A stretch of 64,000 bases of DNA, taken from positions 320,001-384,000 of the forward strand of contig CAVURN010000001.1 in the NCBI GenBank assembly GCA_963743915.1, written 5' to 3'. Source of the stretch: an uncultured Actinomycetota bacterium (GTDB lineage Bacteria > Actinomycetota > Actinomycetes > JAHEKZ01). A model generated the notes under the pieces. It searched no databases. It was given only the letters and a program-made list of their open reading frames with translations, and had not been told where the DNA came from. Shown one piece after another: positions 33,906-44,981 of this stretch. Both the position numbers and the translations under genes were made by a program. How positions within the stretch are numbered: position 1 is the stretch's first letter; each line of letters starts with the position of its first letter.

Positions 33906-34694
33906 TCAACGGTCGCTCACCGCGCGCGCGTCGGGAGGGCGCAGCACGGCGAACTGGTCGGTGACCTGGATCTCGCGGAGCCGGAAGCGGTACAGGGCCG
34001 CCGGACGGCCGCCGTGCGTTCCGGGAGGTGACACCTCTCCGGTCGCGACGATCTGCTCGCGCCTGAGCAGGATCCGTTTGAGATTCGTCGCGGAGACGTC
34101 GTGACCCAGCGCGGCGCGGTAGAGGGACTGCAGCTCTGACGCCGTGAACTCCTCAGGTGCGAGAGCGAACCCGAGATTGGTGTAGCTGAGCTTGGCTCTG
34201 AGCCGTGCGACCCCGCTGAGCGTGATCGAGTGGTGGTCGAAGGCCATGGGGGGCAGGTCCTCGACCGGATGCCAGGCGGTGTCCGGTGGCAGGTCGCGGT
34301 CGGCGTGCTCGGGATCGGTCGACGCCGGCACGAGCCCGAGGTAGGCGGTGGCCAGGACCCGGCGCCGCGGGTCGCGGTCCGGGTCGCTCCGCGTCTCCAG
34401 CTGCTCGAGGTGTGCGAGGTGCTGGACGTCCACCTTCGCCGCCAGGTGGTGCGCGACCGACTGCCCGAGCGTGCCGCCGTCGGGGTGCCCGGAGAGCAGA
34501 GGGCCTCCCGGGAGCGCCCACGCGCCCCGCGCGGGACCGCGCCCGTGCTGCCACAGCAGCACGTGCAAGGCCGCACGACGGACCTGCAGGACGACGGCGA
34601 GGACCTCGTGCTGGGGGAGCGCGGTGGCGGGTGGTGGTCGAGGCTGGACCGGCCACTGGGGCACCTCCGGAGCGCGTGGTAGCGTGGATTTCAC
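33906..34694 (-). CDS. nrtR: Nudix-related transcriptional regulator
   Basis: WALPGG, degenerate Nudix box HHLAAKVDV, LEQLET.S.PDRDP, RLRAKLSYTN, wHTH GGRPAALYRF; divergent from nadABC. Confidence 0.9.
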   Translation of the reverse strand: MKSTLPRAPEVPQWPVQPRPPPATALPQHEVLAVVLQVRRAALHVLLWQHGRGPARGAWALPGGPLLSGHPDGGTLGQSVAHHLAAKVDVQHLAHLEQLETRSDPDRDPRRRVLATAYLGLVPASTDPEHADRDLPPDTAWHPVEDLPPMAFDHHSITLSGVARLRAKLSYTNLGFALAPEEFTASELQSLYRAALGHDVSATNLKRILLRREQIVATGEVSPPGTHGGRPAALYRFRLREIQVTDQFAVLRPPDARAVSDR

Positions 34695-34696
34695 CC

Positions 34697-34721
34697 GGTT
34701 ATTGACTGCCAGGCAATAACC
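34697..34721. promoter_or_regulatory. Putative NrtR operator
   Basis: GGTTATTG-a-CTG-c-CAG-g-CAATAACC inverted repeat between nrtR and nadA. Confidence 0.75.
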
Positions 34722-34777
34722 ACGTTAGCAGGGCCCTCGACGTCTCGCCGGCCCCGCGCACGACGGAGGTGGTGGCG

Positions 34778-35762
34778 GTGGCCACCGAGCAGTTCGTGGT
34801 GGACCCGGCGTACGCCGAGGAGGTGCGACGCCTCGCCGCCGAGCGCGATGCCCTGATCCTCGCGCACAACTACCAGGTGCCCGAGATCCAAGAGGTCGCG
34901 CACCACGTGGGGGACTCGCTGCAGCTGGCCCGCCTCGCCGCCGCCAGTGACGCCTCCACGATCGTGCTCTGTGGCGTCCACTTCATGGCCGAGTCCGCCA
35001 AGCTGCTGGCACCGGACCGCACCGTCCTGATCCCCGACCCCGGCGCCGGCTGCTCGCTCGCCGACACCATCACTGCCGACCAGCTCCGCGAGTGGAAGGC
35101 GGAGCACCCGGGGGCGGTGGTCGTCTCGTACGTCAACACCTCCGCAGCGGTGAAGGCCGAGACCGACATCTGCTGCACGTCGTCCAACGCGGTCGACGTG
35201 GTGAACTCCATCCCTGCCGACCGGGAGATCCTCTTCCTGCCCGACCAGTTCCTCGGCGCCCACGTGCAGCGCGTCACGGGTCGCGCCAACATGCACATCT
35301 GGGCGGGCGAGTGCCACGTCCACGCCGCGATCAGCGGGGACCAGCTCGTCCAGCGCGTCCGCGAGGAGCCCGATGCCGAGCTGCTCATCCACCCCGAGTG
35401 CGGCTGCGCGACGTCCGCCCTCTACCTCGCGGGTGAGGGGATCGTCCCGGAGGACCACACGCACATCCTCTCCACCGGCGGCATGCTGACCATGGCCAAG
35501 CGCCTGGGCGACGCGCGCGTGCTGGTCGCGACCGAGACCGGCATGCTGCACCAGCTGCGCAAGGCGAACCCGGCAGGCGGACTTCCAGCCGGTCAACCCC
35601 AAGGCCGACTGCCGGTACATGAAGATGATCACTCCCGAGAAGCTGCTGCGCTCCCTGCGTGAGAACGTCTTCGAGGTCACCGTCGACCCGGAGATCGCTG
35701 CGCGCGCACGCCGGGCCGTCGAGCGGATGGTCGAGCTCGGCGGCGCCCCCGTCCCGGCGTGA
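34778..35762 (+). CDS. nadA: Quinolinate synthase (frameshifted near 35576)
   Basis: [31 protein letters not shown]; the third Cys ([11 protein letters not shown]) is in a shifted frame. Confidence 0.93.
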
Positions 35763-37448
35763 GCGCACACGTGGAGGTGCCGGCGCGGGCCGACACCGCC
35801 CCAGCCGATGGCCGGCGTGCCGATCCGCTGCCGCGTCTGCCCGGAGTTCCGGGACGCGAGGAGACCGCCGAGGTCGTCGTGGTCGGCTCGGGTGCCGCCG
35901 GTGCCACCGCCGCCCTCGGGGCCGCGCGCGCAGGACGTGACGTGCTCGTGATCACCAAGTCGGTCCTCGGTGCGGGGTCCACGACGTGGGCGCAAGGTGG
36001 TCTCGCGGCGGTTCTCGACGCGACTGACGACTCCTGGGCCGAACACGTCGCCGACACCGAGGCGGCCGGAGCCGGCCTCTCGGACCGCGCGGTGGTCGAG
36101 CAGCTCGTCCGGCGTGCGCCCGAGGCGGTGCAGGCCCTCATCGACCTGGGTGCGGAGTTCGACCGCGACCTGGCCGGGCGGCTCGCCCTCGCGCGGGAAG
36201 GCGGTCACCACCGTCGGCGCATCGTCCACGCAGGCGGGGACGCCACCGGAGCCGAGGTGCAGCGGACCCTCGACGGGGCACTGCGCGAAGCAGGGGTCGT
36301 CGTGCGGGAACGCTGCACCGCCCTCGACGTCGTGCTCGACGGCGCCGGACGGGTTGCCGGGGCCGTCGTGGCGCACATCGACGAGTCCGGCCGCCTCGAG
36401 GACGTCGCGCTCGTCCGCACGACGGCGGTCGTGGTCGCGACCGGAGGAATGGGCCAGGCGTACGCCGTGACCACCAACCCTGCGCAGTCCACCGGTGACG
36501 GGCTCGCGCTCGCGTGGCGAGCCGGTGCGCAGGTGGCCGACGTCGAGTTCGTGCAGTTCCACCCCACGGCGTTCTGGCAACCCCATGCGGTCGGGCAGCA
36601 GCTGCTCGTCTCCGAGGCGGTCCGCGGCGAGGGGGCCACGCTGGTGGACGCGACCGGGCGGTCGGTGATGGCCGGGGTCCACCCCCTCGGAGACCTCGCA
36701 CCGCGCGACGTCGTGGCGACCGCCATCGCCATGCGCCTGCGCCAGGCACCCGGCGGCGTCGACGACCACGTCTTCCTCGACGCGACCGGCATCGGTCCCT
36801 CGCTCGTCGACAGGTTCCCCACCATCGTCGAGCGGTGCCGGGCTGCGGGGATCGACCCGCTCCGCGAACCGATCCCGGTGGCACCTGCCGCGCACTTCGC
36901 CTGCGGCGGGATCCGGGCCGACGCTCGAGGGGACCACCACGGTCCCGGGACTCTTCGCCGTCGGTGAGGTGGCAGACACCGGCGTCCACGGTGCCAACCG
37001 ACTGGCGTCGAACGGGGTGACGGAAGGGCTGGTCGCCGGGAGAGCCGTGGCCGAGCGGCTGAGCGAGGAGCTCCCGGTCAGCGGGGAGCCGCTGCCGGGC
37101 GAGGACGTGCTTCCCGCCGTCGCCGCCTCCGCGCGAGAGCCGCTCACGCGCGCGATGAGCCGGTGGGTGGGTCCGTTGCGCGACGCCGACGGTCTGCGCG
37201 ACGCTGAGGGCGCGTGCGCGGAGGTCCCGCCGGTGGATGTGCTGGCCACGCTTGCGGACGTCGAGGCCACCAACCTGACAACGGTCTCGCGGCTCGTGGT
37301 GCGGGCGGCGGGGATCCGGGAGGAGAGCCGAGGCAGCCACCGACGGCTGGACCACCCGGAGACGTCCGACGCCTGGCGCGGGCGGATCGTGCAGCAGTGG
37401 GACGGGGCGGTGCACCGCCACTGGCTGGAGAGGGTGGACGCGACGTGA
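35759..37448 (+). CDS. nadB: L-aspartate oxidase (frameshifted near 36930)
   Basis: [31 protein letters not shown]; [12 protein letters not shown] and REESRGSH are in the next frame. Confidence 0.93.
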
Positions 37449-38389
37449 GTGGCGCAACCGAGGGGCACGAGCTGTCGGCGGCGACGCGTGAGATGGTCGA
37501 GAGCGCCGGGCTCGCGCCCGACCTGGTGGTGTCACGCGTCCAGCTGGCCCTCGACGAGGACCTCGCCTACGGTCCGGACGTCACCACCGCTGCGACCGTC
37601 CCCCCCGGTCAGTGGGTGGCGGCCACCATCGGTTCGCGCGCTGCCGGCGTCGTGGCCGGTATCCCGCTGGTGCTCGTCACCTTCGACCTGGTGATCGGCC
37701 CGACGAGCTGGCGGCTGCTCGCCCACCAGCCCGACGGCTCCGTGGTCTCACCCGGTGACGTCGTCGTCGCGCTCGAGGCTCCGACGGCTGCGCTGCTGAC
37801 CGCCGAGCGGACGGCCCTGAACTTCCTGGGCCACCTGTCGGGGGTGGCGACGCTGACCCGACGCTGGGCCGATGCCCTGGGCCCGACGACGCGGGTGCGC
37901 GACACCCGAAAGACCATCCCTGGGCTGCGCGAGCTGGACAAGTACGCCGTCCGGTGCGGGGGCGGTCTGAACCACCGCATGGGCCTGGGCGACGCCGCGC
38001 TGGTCAAGGACAACCACGTGGTGGCCGCCGGCGGCGTCACGGAGGCAGTGACGCAGGTTCGCGCCGAGGCGCCCGACGTGCCGCTGGAGGTCGAGTGCGA
38101 CTCCGCGGAACAGGTGACGGCGGCGGTGGACGCCGGCGTCGACCTGATCCTGCTCGACAACATGGGCGTCGACCAGATGCGCCGCTGCGTGGAGATCGGT
38201 CGGGCGTCCGGGCGCACCGTCGCGTTCGAGGCCAGCGGCGGCCTCCACCTGGCCGATGCGGCTGAGGTCGCGGCGACGGGGGTCGACTTCGCGGCGGTGG
38301 GTGCGTTGACGCACTCGGCGCCGGTCCTCGACCTCGGACTCGACGTGCTGGGCGTGGTGACCCCGTCGCTAGGCTCGCGCAATGACTGA
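37445..38389 (+). CDS. nadC: Nicotinate-nucleotide diphosphorylase (quinolinate phosphoribosyltransferase)
   Basis: [41 protein letters not shown]. Confidence 0.95.
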   Translation: MSGATEGHELSAATREMVESAGLAPDLVVSRVQLALDEDLAYGPDVTTAATVPPGQWVAATIGSRAAGVVAGIPLVLVTFDLVIGPTSWRLLAHQPDGSVVSPGDVVVALEAPTAALLTAERTALNFLGHLSGVATLTRRWADALGPTTRVRDTRKTIPGLRELDKYAVRCGGGLNHRMGLGDAALVKDNHVVAAGGVTEAVTQVRAEAPDVPLEVECDSAEQVTAAVDAGVDLILLDNMGVDQMRRCVEIGRASGRTVAFEASGGLHLADAAEVAATGVDFAAVGALTHSAPVLDLGLDVLGVVTPSLGSRND

Positions 38390-39551
38390 CAGCCGTGCGT
38401 CAGGCCCCGACGACTTCCCGGTGGTCGGAGTCGTGGGCGGGGGGCAGCTCGCCCGCATGATGCAGCAGCCCGCGATCGCCCTCGGGGTGCGCCTGCGGCT
38501 GTTGTCCGACACCCCGGCCGACAGCGCCGCTCAGGTGATCCCCGACACCGTGGTCGGCGACTACCGAGACCTCGAGACACTGCGGTCCTTCGTGCGCGGC
38601 TGTGACGTCGTCACCTTCGACCACGAACATGTGCCGACCGACCACTTGCGCACCCTGGAGCGGGACGGTGTCGCCGTCCGGCCAGGAGCCGAGGCGTTGG
38701 TGTTCGCACAGGACAAAGGGCTGATGCGGGAGCGGCTGGCCGAGCTCGCGGCACCCCTCCCCAGATGGCGTCGGGTCAGCGCGACCTCCGACGTCGCGAC
38801 CTTCGTCACCGAGGTCACGGACTTCCCGGTGGTGCTCAAGGCCACCCGTGGCGGCTACGACGGCAAGGGCGTGTGGGTCGTCCACGACCTTGCGGCGGCC
38901 GACGAGATCCTGGCCCACGACCAGGTGCCGGGTTTCATCGTCGAGGAGATGGTTCCCTTCACCCGCGAGCTGTCGGCGATGGTGGCGCGCAGTCCCAGCG
39001 GTCAGGCGGTCGCCTACCCGGTGGTGCAGACGGTGCAGCGCGACGGCATCTGCCACGAGGTCTATGCGCCTGCACCGGGCATCGACCCCGAGCACGCCGT
39101 GGCGGCGCAGCAGGTCGCGTTGCGCATCGCGGGAGAGCTCGGCGTCGTCGGGATGCTCGCCGTCGAGATGTTCGACACGCCGGCCGGGGTGCTGGTCAAC
39201 GAGCTGGCGATGCGGCCGCACAACTCCGGGCACTGGGGGATCGACGGCGCCGTCACGAGCCAGTTCGAGAACCACCTGCGGGCGGTCCTCGACCTTCCCC
39301 TCGGCGATCCCTCCGCGACGGCTCCGCTCACCGTCATGGTCAACCTGCTCGGGGGTGACCTGACCGACCTGTACCCGGCGTACCTGCACTGCATGGCGCG
39401 CGACCCCGCACTGAAGCTCCACCTGTACGGCAAGGTGGTCAAGCCCGGACGCAAGGTGGGGCACGTCACGGCCTGTGGCAGCACCCTCGACGAGCTGTTG
39501 GAGCGCACCCGCCATGCTGTGGCCTACCTGAGAGGGGACATCGATGAGTGA
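38382..39551 (+). CDS. purK: 5-(carboxyamino)imidazole ribonucleotide synthase
   Basis: [38 protein letters not shown]. Confidence 0.96.
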   Translation: MTDSRASGPDDFPVVGVVGGGQLARMMQQPAIALGVRLRLLSDTPADSAAQVIPDTVVGDYRDLETLRSFVRGCDVVTFDHEHVPTDHLRTLERDGVAVRPGAEALVFAQDKGLMRERLAELAAPLPRWRRVSATSDVATFVTEVTDFPVVLKATRGGYDGKGVWVVHDLAAADEILAHDQVPGFIVEEMVPFTRELSAMVARSPSGQAVAYPVVQTVQRDGICHEVYAPAPGIDPEHAVAAQQVALRIAGELGVVGMLAVEMFDTPAGVLVNELAMRPHNSGHWGIDGAVTSQFENHLRAVLDLPLGDPSATAPLTVMVNLLGGDLTDLYPAYLHCMARDPALKLHLYGKVVKPGRKVGHVTACGSTLDELLERTRHAVAYLRGDIDE

Positions 39552-40077
39552 CGCGGGGGCGGAGCGTCCGCAGGTCAGCGTCGTCATGGGCAGCGACTCG
39601 GACTGGCCGGTGATGGAGGCCGCAGCCGACGCCCTCGACGAGTTCGGCGTCCCCTACGAGGTCGACGTCGTCTCCGCGCACCGCACTCCGCGGGCGATGC
39701 TCGACTTCGGCGCCGGGGCGGCTGACCGCGGGATCAAGGTCGTCATCGCCGGTGCCGGAGGTGCGGCCCACCTGCCGGGCATGCTCGCCTCGGTGACTCC
39801 GTTGCCGGTCATCGGGGTTCCGGTGCCGCTCAGCCGGCTCGACGGCCTCGACTCGCTGCTGTCCATCGTGCAGATGCCGGCGGGCGTGCCCGTGGCCACG
39901 GTGGCGATCGGCAACGCACGCAATGCCGGCCTGCTCGCGGTGCGCATCCTGGCGACGGGTGACGCCGCCCTCCAGCAGGCGATGCACGAGTACCAGGAGC
40001 GGATCGCCGAGGAGTCGGCGGCCAAGGGCGAGACGCTGCGGCGGCGCCGCGAGGGCGGCGTCGGCTTCACGGGCTGA
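39544..40077 (+). CDS. purE: 5-(carboxyamino)imidazole ribonucleotide mutase
   Basis: [33 protein letters not shown]. Confidence 0.97.
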   Translation: MSDAGAERPQVSVVMGSDSDWPVMEAAADALDEFGVPYEVDVVSAHRTPRAMLDFGAGAADRGIKVVIAGAGGAAHLPGMLASVTPLPVIGVPVPLSRLDGLDSLLSIVQMPAGVPVATVAIGNARNAGLLAVRILATGDAALQQAMHEYQERIAEESAAKGETLRRRREGGVGFTG

Positions 40078-40115
40078 CCGGCCCGAGCCGCACCCCGCCC
40101 CTCAGACGGTCCCGG

Positions 40116-40853
40116 TCAGACGACGAGCAAGGTCACGACCAGCACGAGCACCGACCCCACGATCTCGACCGCGCCGATCCGCGCGGGACGCCACCCGTGC
40201 TGGGGTACCGCGACCGCGCGGCCCAGCAGGAAGCCGAAGGGGACCAGCAGCCACGGGTCGAGGGCGCCGGCGACCAGCACGGCAGCGGCGTGAAACGCGA
40301 TCGAAGCCTTGCGGTAGCGAGGGTCGTCCCGCTCCCGGATCGTCGACTTGACGTGCAGCACCGCGCCGCAGAACGCGAGCCAGCACACGATGAAGAGCAC
40401 GGCAGCGACGGAGGCCTGATCCCCTTCTGCCACGCGGTAGGCCAGTGGTGCCATGAGGCTGGCCGCCGTGGCTGAGGCGAGACCGGCGACCCATGAGCGT
40501 TCGTCGCCGCGCAGTGCGTACCAGGCAGAGACCAGCTCGAACGGGACGAAGAGCCACACCGCGGCGAGCACCCACGGCTGGTTCCAGGCGACGATCGCGC
40601 CGGCGACCGCCAGCAGCGCGCCGTACGTCAAGGCGGGTGCGCGGAAGCGTCGTCCGCGATGGCGCAGACGTCGGGTTCGGTACCAGCGCAGCGCGAAGTA
40701 GGTGGCACCGTAGGCCGACAGCCAGGCAACCAGGAGGGCCGCTGACAGCCAGCCCGGCTCGGCTGCGAACGTCCCGAGCAGGAACGGCACGAGCAGCATC
40801 GCCCACGCGCCGTGCTCGGGCGGCACGAAGGTGCCCAGCCTGCGGTGCGCCAC
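40116..40853 (-). CDS. YwiC-like family membrane protein
   Basis: VPPEHGAWAML, HVKSTIRER, IGAVE; multiple TM segments. Confidence 0.85.
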   Translation of the reverse strand: MAHRRLGTFVPPEHGAWAMLLVPFLLGTFAAEPGWLSAALLVAWLSAYGATYFALRWYRTRRLRHRGRRFRAPALTYGALLAVAGAIVAWNQPWVLAAVWLFVPFELVSAWYALRGDERSWVAGLASATAASLMAPLAYRVAEGDQASVAAVLFIVCWLAFCGAVLHVKSTIRERDDPRYRKASIAFHAAAVLVAGALDPWLLVPFGFLLGRAVAVPQHGWRPARIGAVEIVGSVLVLVVTLLVV

Positions 40854-40856
40854 CGG

Positions 40857-40916
40857 TCAGGGCCGCCCCGTGGCACCGAGGTACCCGGTCCCCAGCACGG
40901 TCGGTCGTGGCGCCAC
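40857..40916 (-). pseudogene. 5' vestige of a UDP-glucose/GDP-mannose dehydrogenase gene
   Basis: GAAGGAG RBS, GTG, 19 codons VAPRPTVLGTGYLGATGRP*, resembling the TVIGTGYLGATH Rossmann start of actinobacterial Ugd. Confidence 0.6.
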
Positions 40917-40985
40917 GGGACTCCTTCGGCATCGTCGGTCGACCCCCTGGTCGTCTCCCCGGCAGGCTAGCGAACGCATGCTTGG

Positions 40986-41492
40986 ATGACCGCCATGGAT
41001 CCGGTCCCGGTGAGCGCGGCGCGCACCACCTTGAGTCAGATCATGACCTCGCTCGACGTCAACCTGCTCGGCACCGTGCATGGGGGTGTGGTGATGCGCC
41101 TGGTCGACTCGGTGGCGGGTGCCTCAGCCGGGCGGCACAGCCGGGGCCCTGCGGTCACGGTCTCCATGGACGAGATGGTCTTCCTGCAGCCGGTGCGCGT
41201 CGGGGATCTCATCCATGCCCACGCTCAGGTCAACTGGGCAGGGCGGACGTCGATGGAGGTCGGGGTCCGGGTGACGGCCGAGCGCTGGAACGAGACCGAT
41301 CCCCCCATGCATGTGGCCTCGGCCTACCTCGTGTTCGTCGCCGTCGACGACGAGGGGCGTCCACGCGACGTCCCTGCCGTGCTCCCCGAGAGCGACGAGG
41401 ACCGCCGGAGGTTCGCCGAGGCGCAGATCCGTCGGCAGCACCGTCTGGCGCGAAGGGACGAGATCGAACGGCTTCGCTCGGGAGAGGGCTGA
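40986..41492 (+). CDS. Acyl-CoA thioesterase (hotdog fold)
   Basis: NLLGTVHGG, VNWAGRTSMEVGV, AYLVFVAVD. Confidence 0.92.
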   Translation: MTAMDPVPVSAARTTLSQIMTSLDVNLLGTVHGGVVMRLVDSVAGASAGRHSRGPAVTVSMDEMVFLQPVRVGDLIHAHAQVNWAGRTSMEVGVRVTAERWNETDPPMHVASAYLVFVAVDDEGRPRDVPAVLPESDEDRRRFAEAQIRRQHRLARRDEIERLRSGEG

Positions 41493-41496
41493 GCGG

Positions 41497-42963
41497 TCAG
41501 CCGCAGACGTCGTCAGCGGCGGTACGGGACCCCAGCTCGCTGTCGGCCTTGGCGACCCTCACCGCCTGCGGCTCGGTGTACTCGGTTCCGACGATGACCT
41601 GGAAGGTGCCGCCGAGGCCGGCCACCTCTTCGAGCTCAGCACCGGGGAAGGCAGTCTCGAGCGTCTTGACGGAGGTGTTCCACTCAGGGTCGTAGCGGAT
41701 CACGGTCGTGGTGACGTCGTCCCGCTCGTCGTTCCCCGGAGCGGCCGCGATGGTGTAGCCGGCGCGGTCCAGGTCATCGCTGGCATTCGTGGCCAGACCC
41801 TCGATGCTGCTCCCGTTGAGTACCTGCACGTCGATGTCGGCGGGCGCGACCTGGACGGTGGGACCCTTCTTCTGCTTGACCAGTGGTTGGTCGGCGGTGA
41901 TGGCGTCGAAGACCTCCTGCGCCTTTTCGCGGTCCCACTCGACGGCGCTGCCCACCGGCGTCTGCAGGTTGACGTTCGACAGCGGCACCGTCAGGAACCG
42001 GATGTCCTTCGGGGACAGGGACTGCATCTCGCCGGCGAGGTCGAGGAGGGCGTCGCGTGACATGCCCTCGTCCATCTTCACGGAGGAGAGCGTGGCGTCC
42101 AGGAAGCTGTTGAGGGTGACGGGATTGAGCAGGACGCCGGCGCTGGTGGCCTCCTGGAACATCGAACCGAGGAAGCGCTGCTGCCGCTCCATGCGGCCGA
42201 TGTCGGCGGTGGGGTCGATGTAGCGCGCTCGCACGTAGGCGAGCCCCATGATGCCGTCGACGTGAGACTTGCCGGCCGGCAGCTTCAGCCCACTGCGCCG
42301 GTCCTCGACCGCGGTGGGGACGCAGACATCCACGCCCCCCAAGGCGTCGACCATGTTGACCACGCCCCCGAACCCGACCTCGACGTAGTGGTCGATCGGG
42401 ACGCCGGTCTCCTCGGTCACGGTCTCGATCAGAAGGGGTGCACCACCCAACGAGTAGGCCGCGTTGAGCTTGTTCTTCTGCGCGGGGTGCTTGTCACCGG
42501 AGTCATCGGTGTACGCGGGGATCGTGACGTAGGAGTCGCGGGGCAGGCTGACCACCGTGGCGCTCTTGCGGTCGCCTGCGACGTGCACCAGCATCATCGT
42601 GTCCGACCGCTGGCCCGAGGCGTTGGCAGCGGTCCCGGTGCTCAGCTGGTGCGCCTCGGCGGCGCTCAGACCCTCGCGACTGTCCGAGCCCACCACGAGG
42701 AACGTCAACGGACCGGAGCTGTCACCCGACAGCAGGCCGGACAGACCGAGGATGCGCCCGATCTTGGCGTCGTAGTACGTCGCCAGCACCCAGCTTCCGG
42801 TGCTGGTGATGAGCACCGCGGCGGCGACCACCGTGGTCAGCCAGGAGAGCCATCGACGGGCCCCGGTCCTGGGGGCCGCGCCGGCCGAGGACGCGCCGGA
42901 CGTTCCACGGGGGGAGAGCTCCGGGGGAAGGGCGGCGCTCATCGGGGGAGGACCTCCGGTCAC
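41497..42963 (-). CDS. LCP family glycopolymer transferase with LytR C-terminal domain
   Basis: TM, LVVGSDSR, RSDTMML, SLPRD, KLNAAY, YVRAR, DIGRMERQQ, VQVLNGS. Confidence 0.93.
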   Translation of the reverse strand: MTGGPPPMSAALPPELSPRGTSGASSAGAAPRTGARRWLSWLTTVVAAAVLITSTGSWVLATYYDAKIGRILGLSGLLSGDSSGPLTFLVVGSDSREGLSAAEAHQLSTGTAANASGQRSDTMMLVHVAGDRKSATVVSLPRDSYVTIPAYTDDSGDKHPAQKNKLNAAYSLGGAPLLIETVTEETGVPIDHYVEVGFGGVVNMVDALGGVDVCVPTAVEDRRSGLKLPAGKSHVDGIMGLAYVRARYIDPTADIGRMERQQRFLGSMFQEATSAGVLLNPVTLNSFLDATLSSVKMDEGMSRDALLDLAGEMQSLSPKDIRFLTVPLSNVNLQTPVGSAVEWDREKAQEVFDAITADQPLVKQKKGPTVQVAPADIDVQVLNGSSIEGLATNASDDLDRAGYTIAAAPGNDERDDVTTTVIRYDPEWNTSVKTLETAFPGAELEEVAGLGGTFQVIVGTEYTEPQAVRVAKADSELGSRTAADDVCG

Positions 42964-43112
42964 GGGGGTGGGCGGGTGGGACGGGCCTGGCGGCTCTCGA
43001 GGTTCGACGGGTGCGCCGGCGCGCCGGTTCCGTCGCCGACCGCTCCGAGGGTAGGCGAGGCCGACCGTCTGCTCCGAATCGGCACGCCGCGCAGTACGCT
43101 CGTCAGTCAGTC

Positions 43113-44042
43113 ATGTCTGAATCCTCACCCGCCGCGGTCGCGCCCGTCGCGCCGGCCCACCAGCCCTCCGTGCGGCATCGCGTGCGGGCGGTCTGGAGGA
43201 GCCGGCGGATCCTGGGGATCTTGATCATCCGCGACCTCAAGGTGCGGTACAGCGGCACGGTGCTGGGGTTCCTCTGGACGCTGCTCGACCCGCTGCTGCT
43301 GACCCTCGTGTACTGGTTCGTCTTCGGCGTGATCGTGAGTCGCGGGGCACCCGACGAGCAGCCCTACCTGCTGTGGCTGCTCACCGGGATCCTCCCGTTC
43401 CAGTGGACCGCGCACGTGCTGACCGACTCCGGCCGGTTGCTGGGCAACGACGCCAAGCTGGTCACGGCGTCGAGCCTGCCGCGTGAGATCTGGGTGCTGC
43501 GGTCGGTCAGCTCGCGCTTCGTGGAGTTCCTGTTCACCCTGCCGATCACCGCGCTCGCGATGGTGCTGTTCGCCACGATCGGCGGCTACGACGTCTGGCC
43601 CTCCGCGTGGATCCTGCTGCTCCCGGTGGTCTTCCTCGTGCAGTTCGCGTTCAACGTCGGACTGGCCATGACGCTCGCCCCCATGTGCATGCTCTATCCG
43701 GACGTCCACCGCGTCGTCCGGGTCTTCGCGACGCTCTACCGGTACCTCTCACCGGTCATCTACGGGTTGGCCTTCCTGGAGCAGTCGCTGTCCACCTCTG
43801 AGATCGCATGGCCGTCGTGGATGCTCTTCGGTGACGAGACCTGGCCCAGCTGGCTCGTGACCGTGTACTCGCTCAACCCGATGGCCGGCATCCTGAACGC
43901 GTACCATGCGATCTTCTTCCCGGACACCGTCGACGACGTCATCCTGTGGCTCTCGGTGGCAGCGGTGTTCTCTCTGCTCACGCTGTGGATCGGCTGGCGG
44001 ACGTTCCGGCGGCTCGAGGCACGGGTGCTGAAGGAGCTGTGA
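43113..44042 (+). CDS. ABC-2 polysaccharide/teichoic acid export permease (Wzm/TagG type)
   Basis: RDLKVRY.GTVLGFLW.LLDP, YLSPVIY, LNPMAG. Confidence 0.9.
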   Translation: MSESSPAAVAPVAPAHQPSVRHRVRAVWRSRRILGILIIRDLKVRYSGTVLGFLWTLLDPLLLTLVYWFVFGVIVSRGAPDEQPYLLWLLTGILPFQWTAHVLTDSGRLLGNDAKLVTASSLPREIWVLRSVSSRFVEFLFTLPITALAMVLFATIGGYDVWPSAWILLLPVVFLVQFAFNVGLAMTLAPMCMLYPDVHRVVRVFATLYRYLSPVIYGLAFLEQSLSTSEIAWPSWMLFGDETWPSWLVTVYSLNPMAGILNAYHAIFFPDTVDDVILWLSVAAVFSLLTLWIGWRTFRRLEARVLKEL

Positions 44043-44965
44043 TGTCCGACACGGAGCAGCTCCCCATTGCGATCGAGGCGCAGGGGCTCGGGATCCGGTT
44101 CCGCCGCAACCGCCTGCGGAACCGGCGGCTCGCCGACCTCATCCATCCGCAGCGTGGACGTGCGCGCAGTGAGTTCTGGGCGCTGCGCAACGTGTCGTTC
44201 AAGATCAGGCAGGGCGAGTCGGTGGGCATCGTGGGTGCCAACGGGCAGGGCAAGAGCACGCTGCTCAAGCTCGTGTCGGGCACGCTCATCCCGGACGAAG
44301 GCTGGGTCCGGCTGAACGGCGGCGTGGCGCCGCTGGTGAACATCTCCGGAGGGTTCAAGAGCGACCTCACGGTGCGGGACAACATCTCGATCGTCGCCGG
44401 CCTCCATGGCATGCTCCGCAAGGAGATCGACGAGAAGTTCGATGACGTCATCGAGTTCGCCGAGGTCGGCGACTTCGTCGACACACCGTTCCGTCACCTG
44501 TCGAGCGGCATGAAGACCCGGGTCGCGTTCTCTCTCATCACCTCCCTCGACCAGCCGACCGTCGTCATCGACGAGACTCTCTCGGTCGGTGACGGGTCCT
44601 TCAAACGCAAGGCGTACGAGCGCATCGACCAGATGCTCGTCGGGGGCAAGACGCTCTTCCTCGTCTCGCACAGCGAGCGGCAGCTGCAGCGCCTCTGCAC
44701 CCGTGGCATCTACCTGCGGCGGGGTCGGGTCGTGGCCGACGGACCGATCGACGAGGTGCTGCAGAAGTACGCCGCCGACCGCGAGCTCGAGGGGCACCCG
44801 GGATGGCGCGGGGAGCGGAAGAAGGCCAGGCGTGAGCGACGGCAGCGGAGGCGGGAGACACGGCGTCTGGTGGCGGCGGGGCAGGCGCCCGACCCGGACG
44901 TCGACCTCGACGACGAGGACGGCCACGACCTGCCACCGCGACCGAGCCCGACGGGCACGCCCTGA
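44042..44965 (+). CDS. ABC transporter ATP-binding protein (Wzt/TagH type)
   Basis: FWALRNVSF, GANGQGKST, LSSGMKTR, IDETLSVGD, VSH. Confidence 0.92.
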   Translation: MSDTEQLPIAIEAQGLGIRFRRNRLRNRRLADLIHPQRGRARSEFWALRNVSFKIRQGESVGIVGANGQGKSTLLKLVSGTLIPDEGWVRLNGGVAPLVNISGGFKSDLTVRDNISIVAGLHGMLRKEIDEKFDDVIEFAEVGDFVDTPFRHLSSGMKTRVAFSLITSLDQPTVVIDETLSVGDGSFKRKAYERIDQMLVGGKTLFLVSHSERQLQRLCTRGIYLRRGRVVADGPIDEVLQKYAADRELEGHPGWRGERKKARRERRQRRRETRRLVAAGQAPDPDVDLDDEDGHDLPPRPSPTGTP

Positions 44966-44981
44966 CCTTGGGGAGGGCTCG

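Noticed and set aside
35560-36940. Programmed ribosomal frameshifting in nadA/nadB
   Set aside because: No slippery heptamer or stimulatory structure; the same indel pattern occurs in unrelated genes
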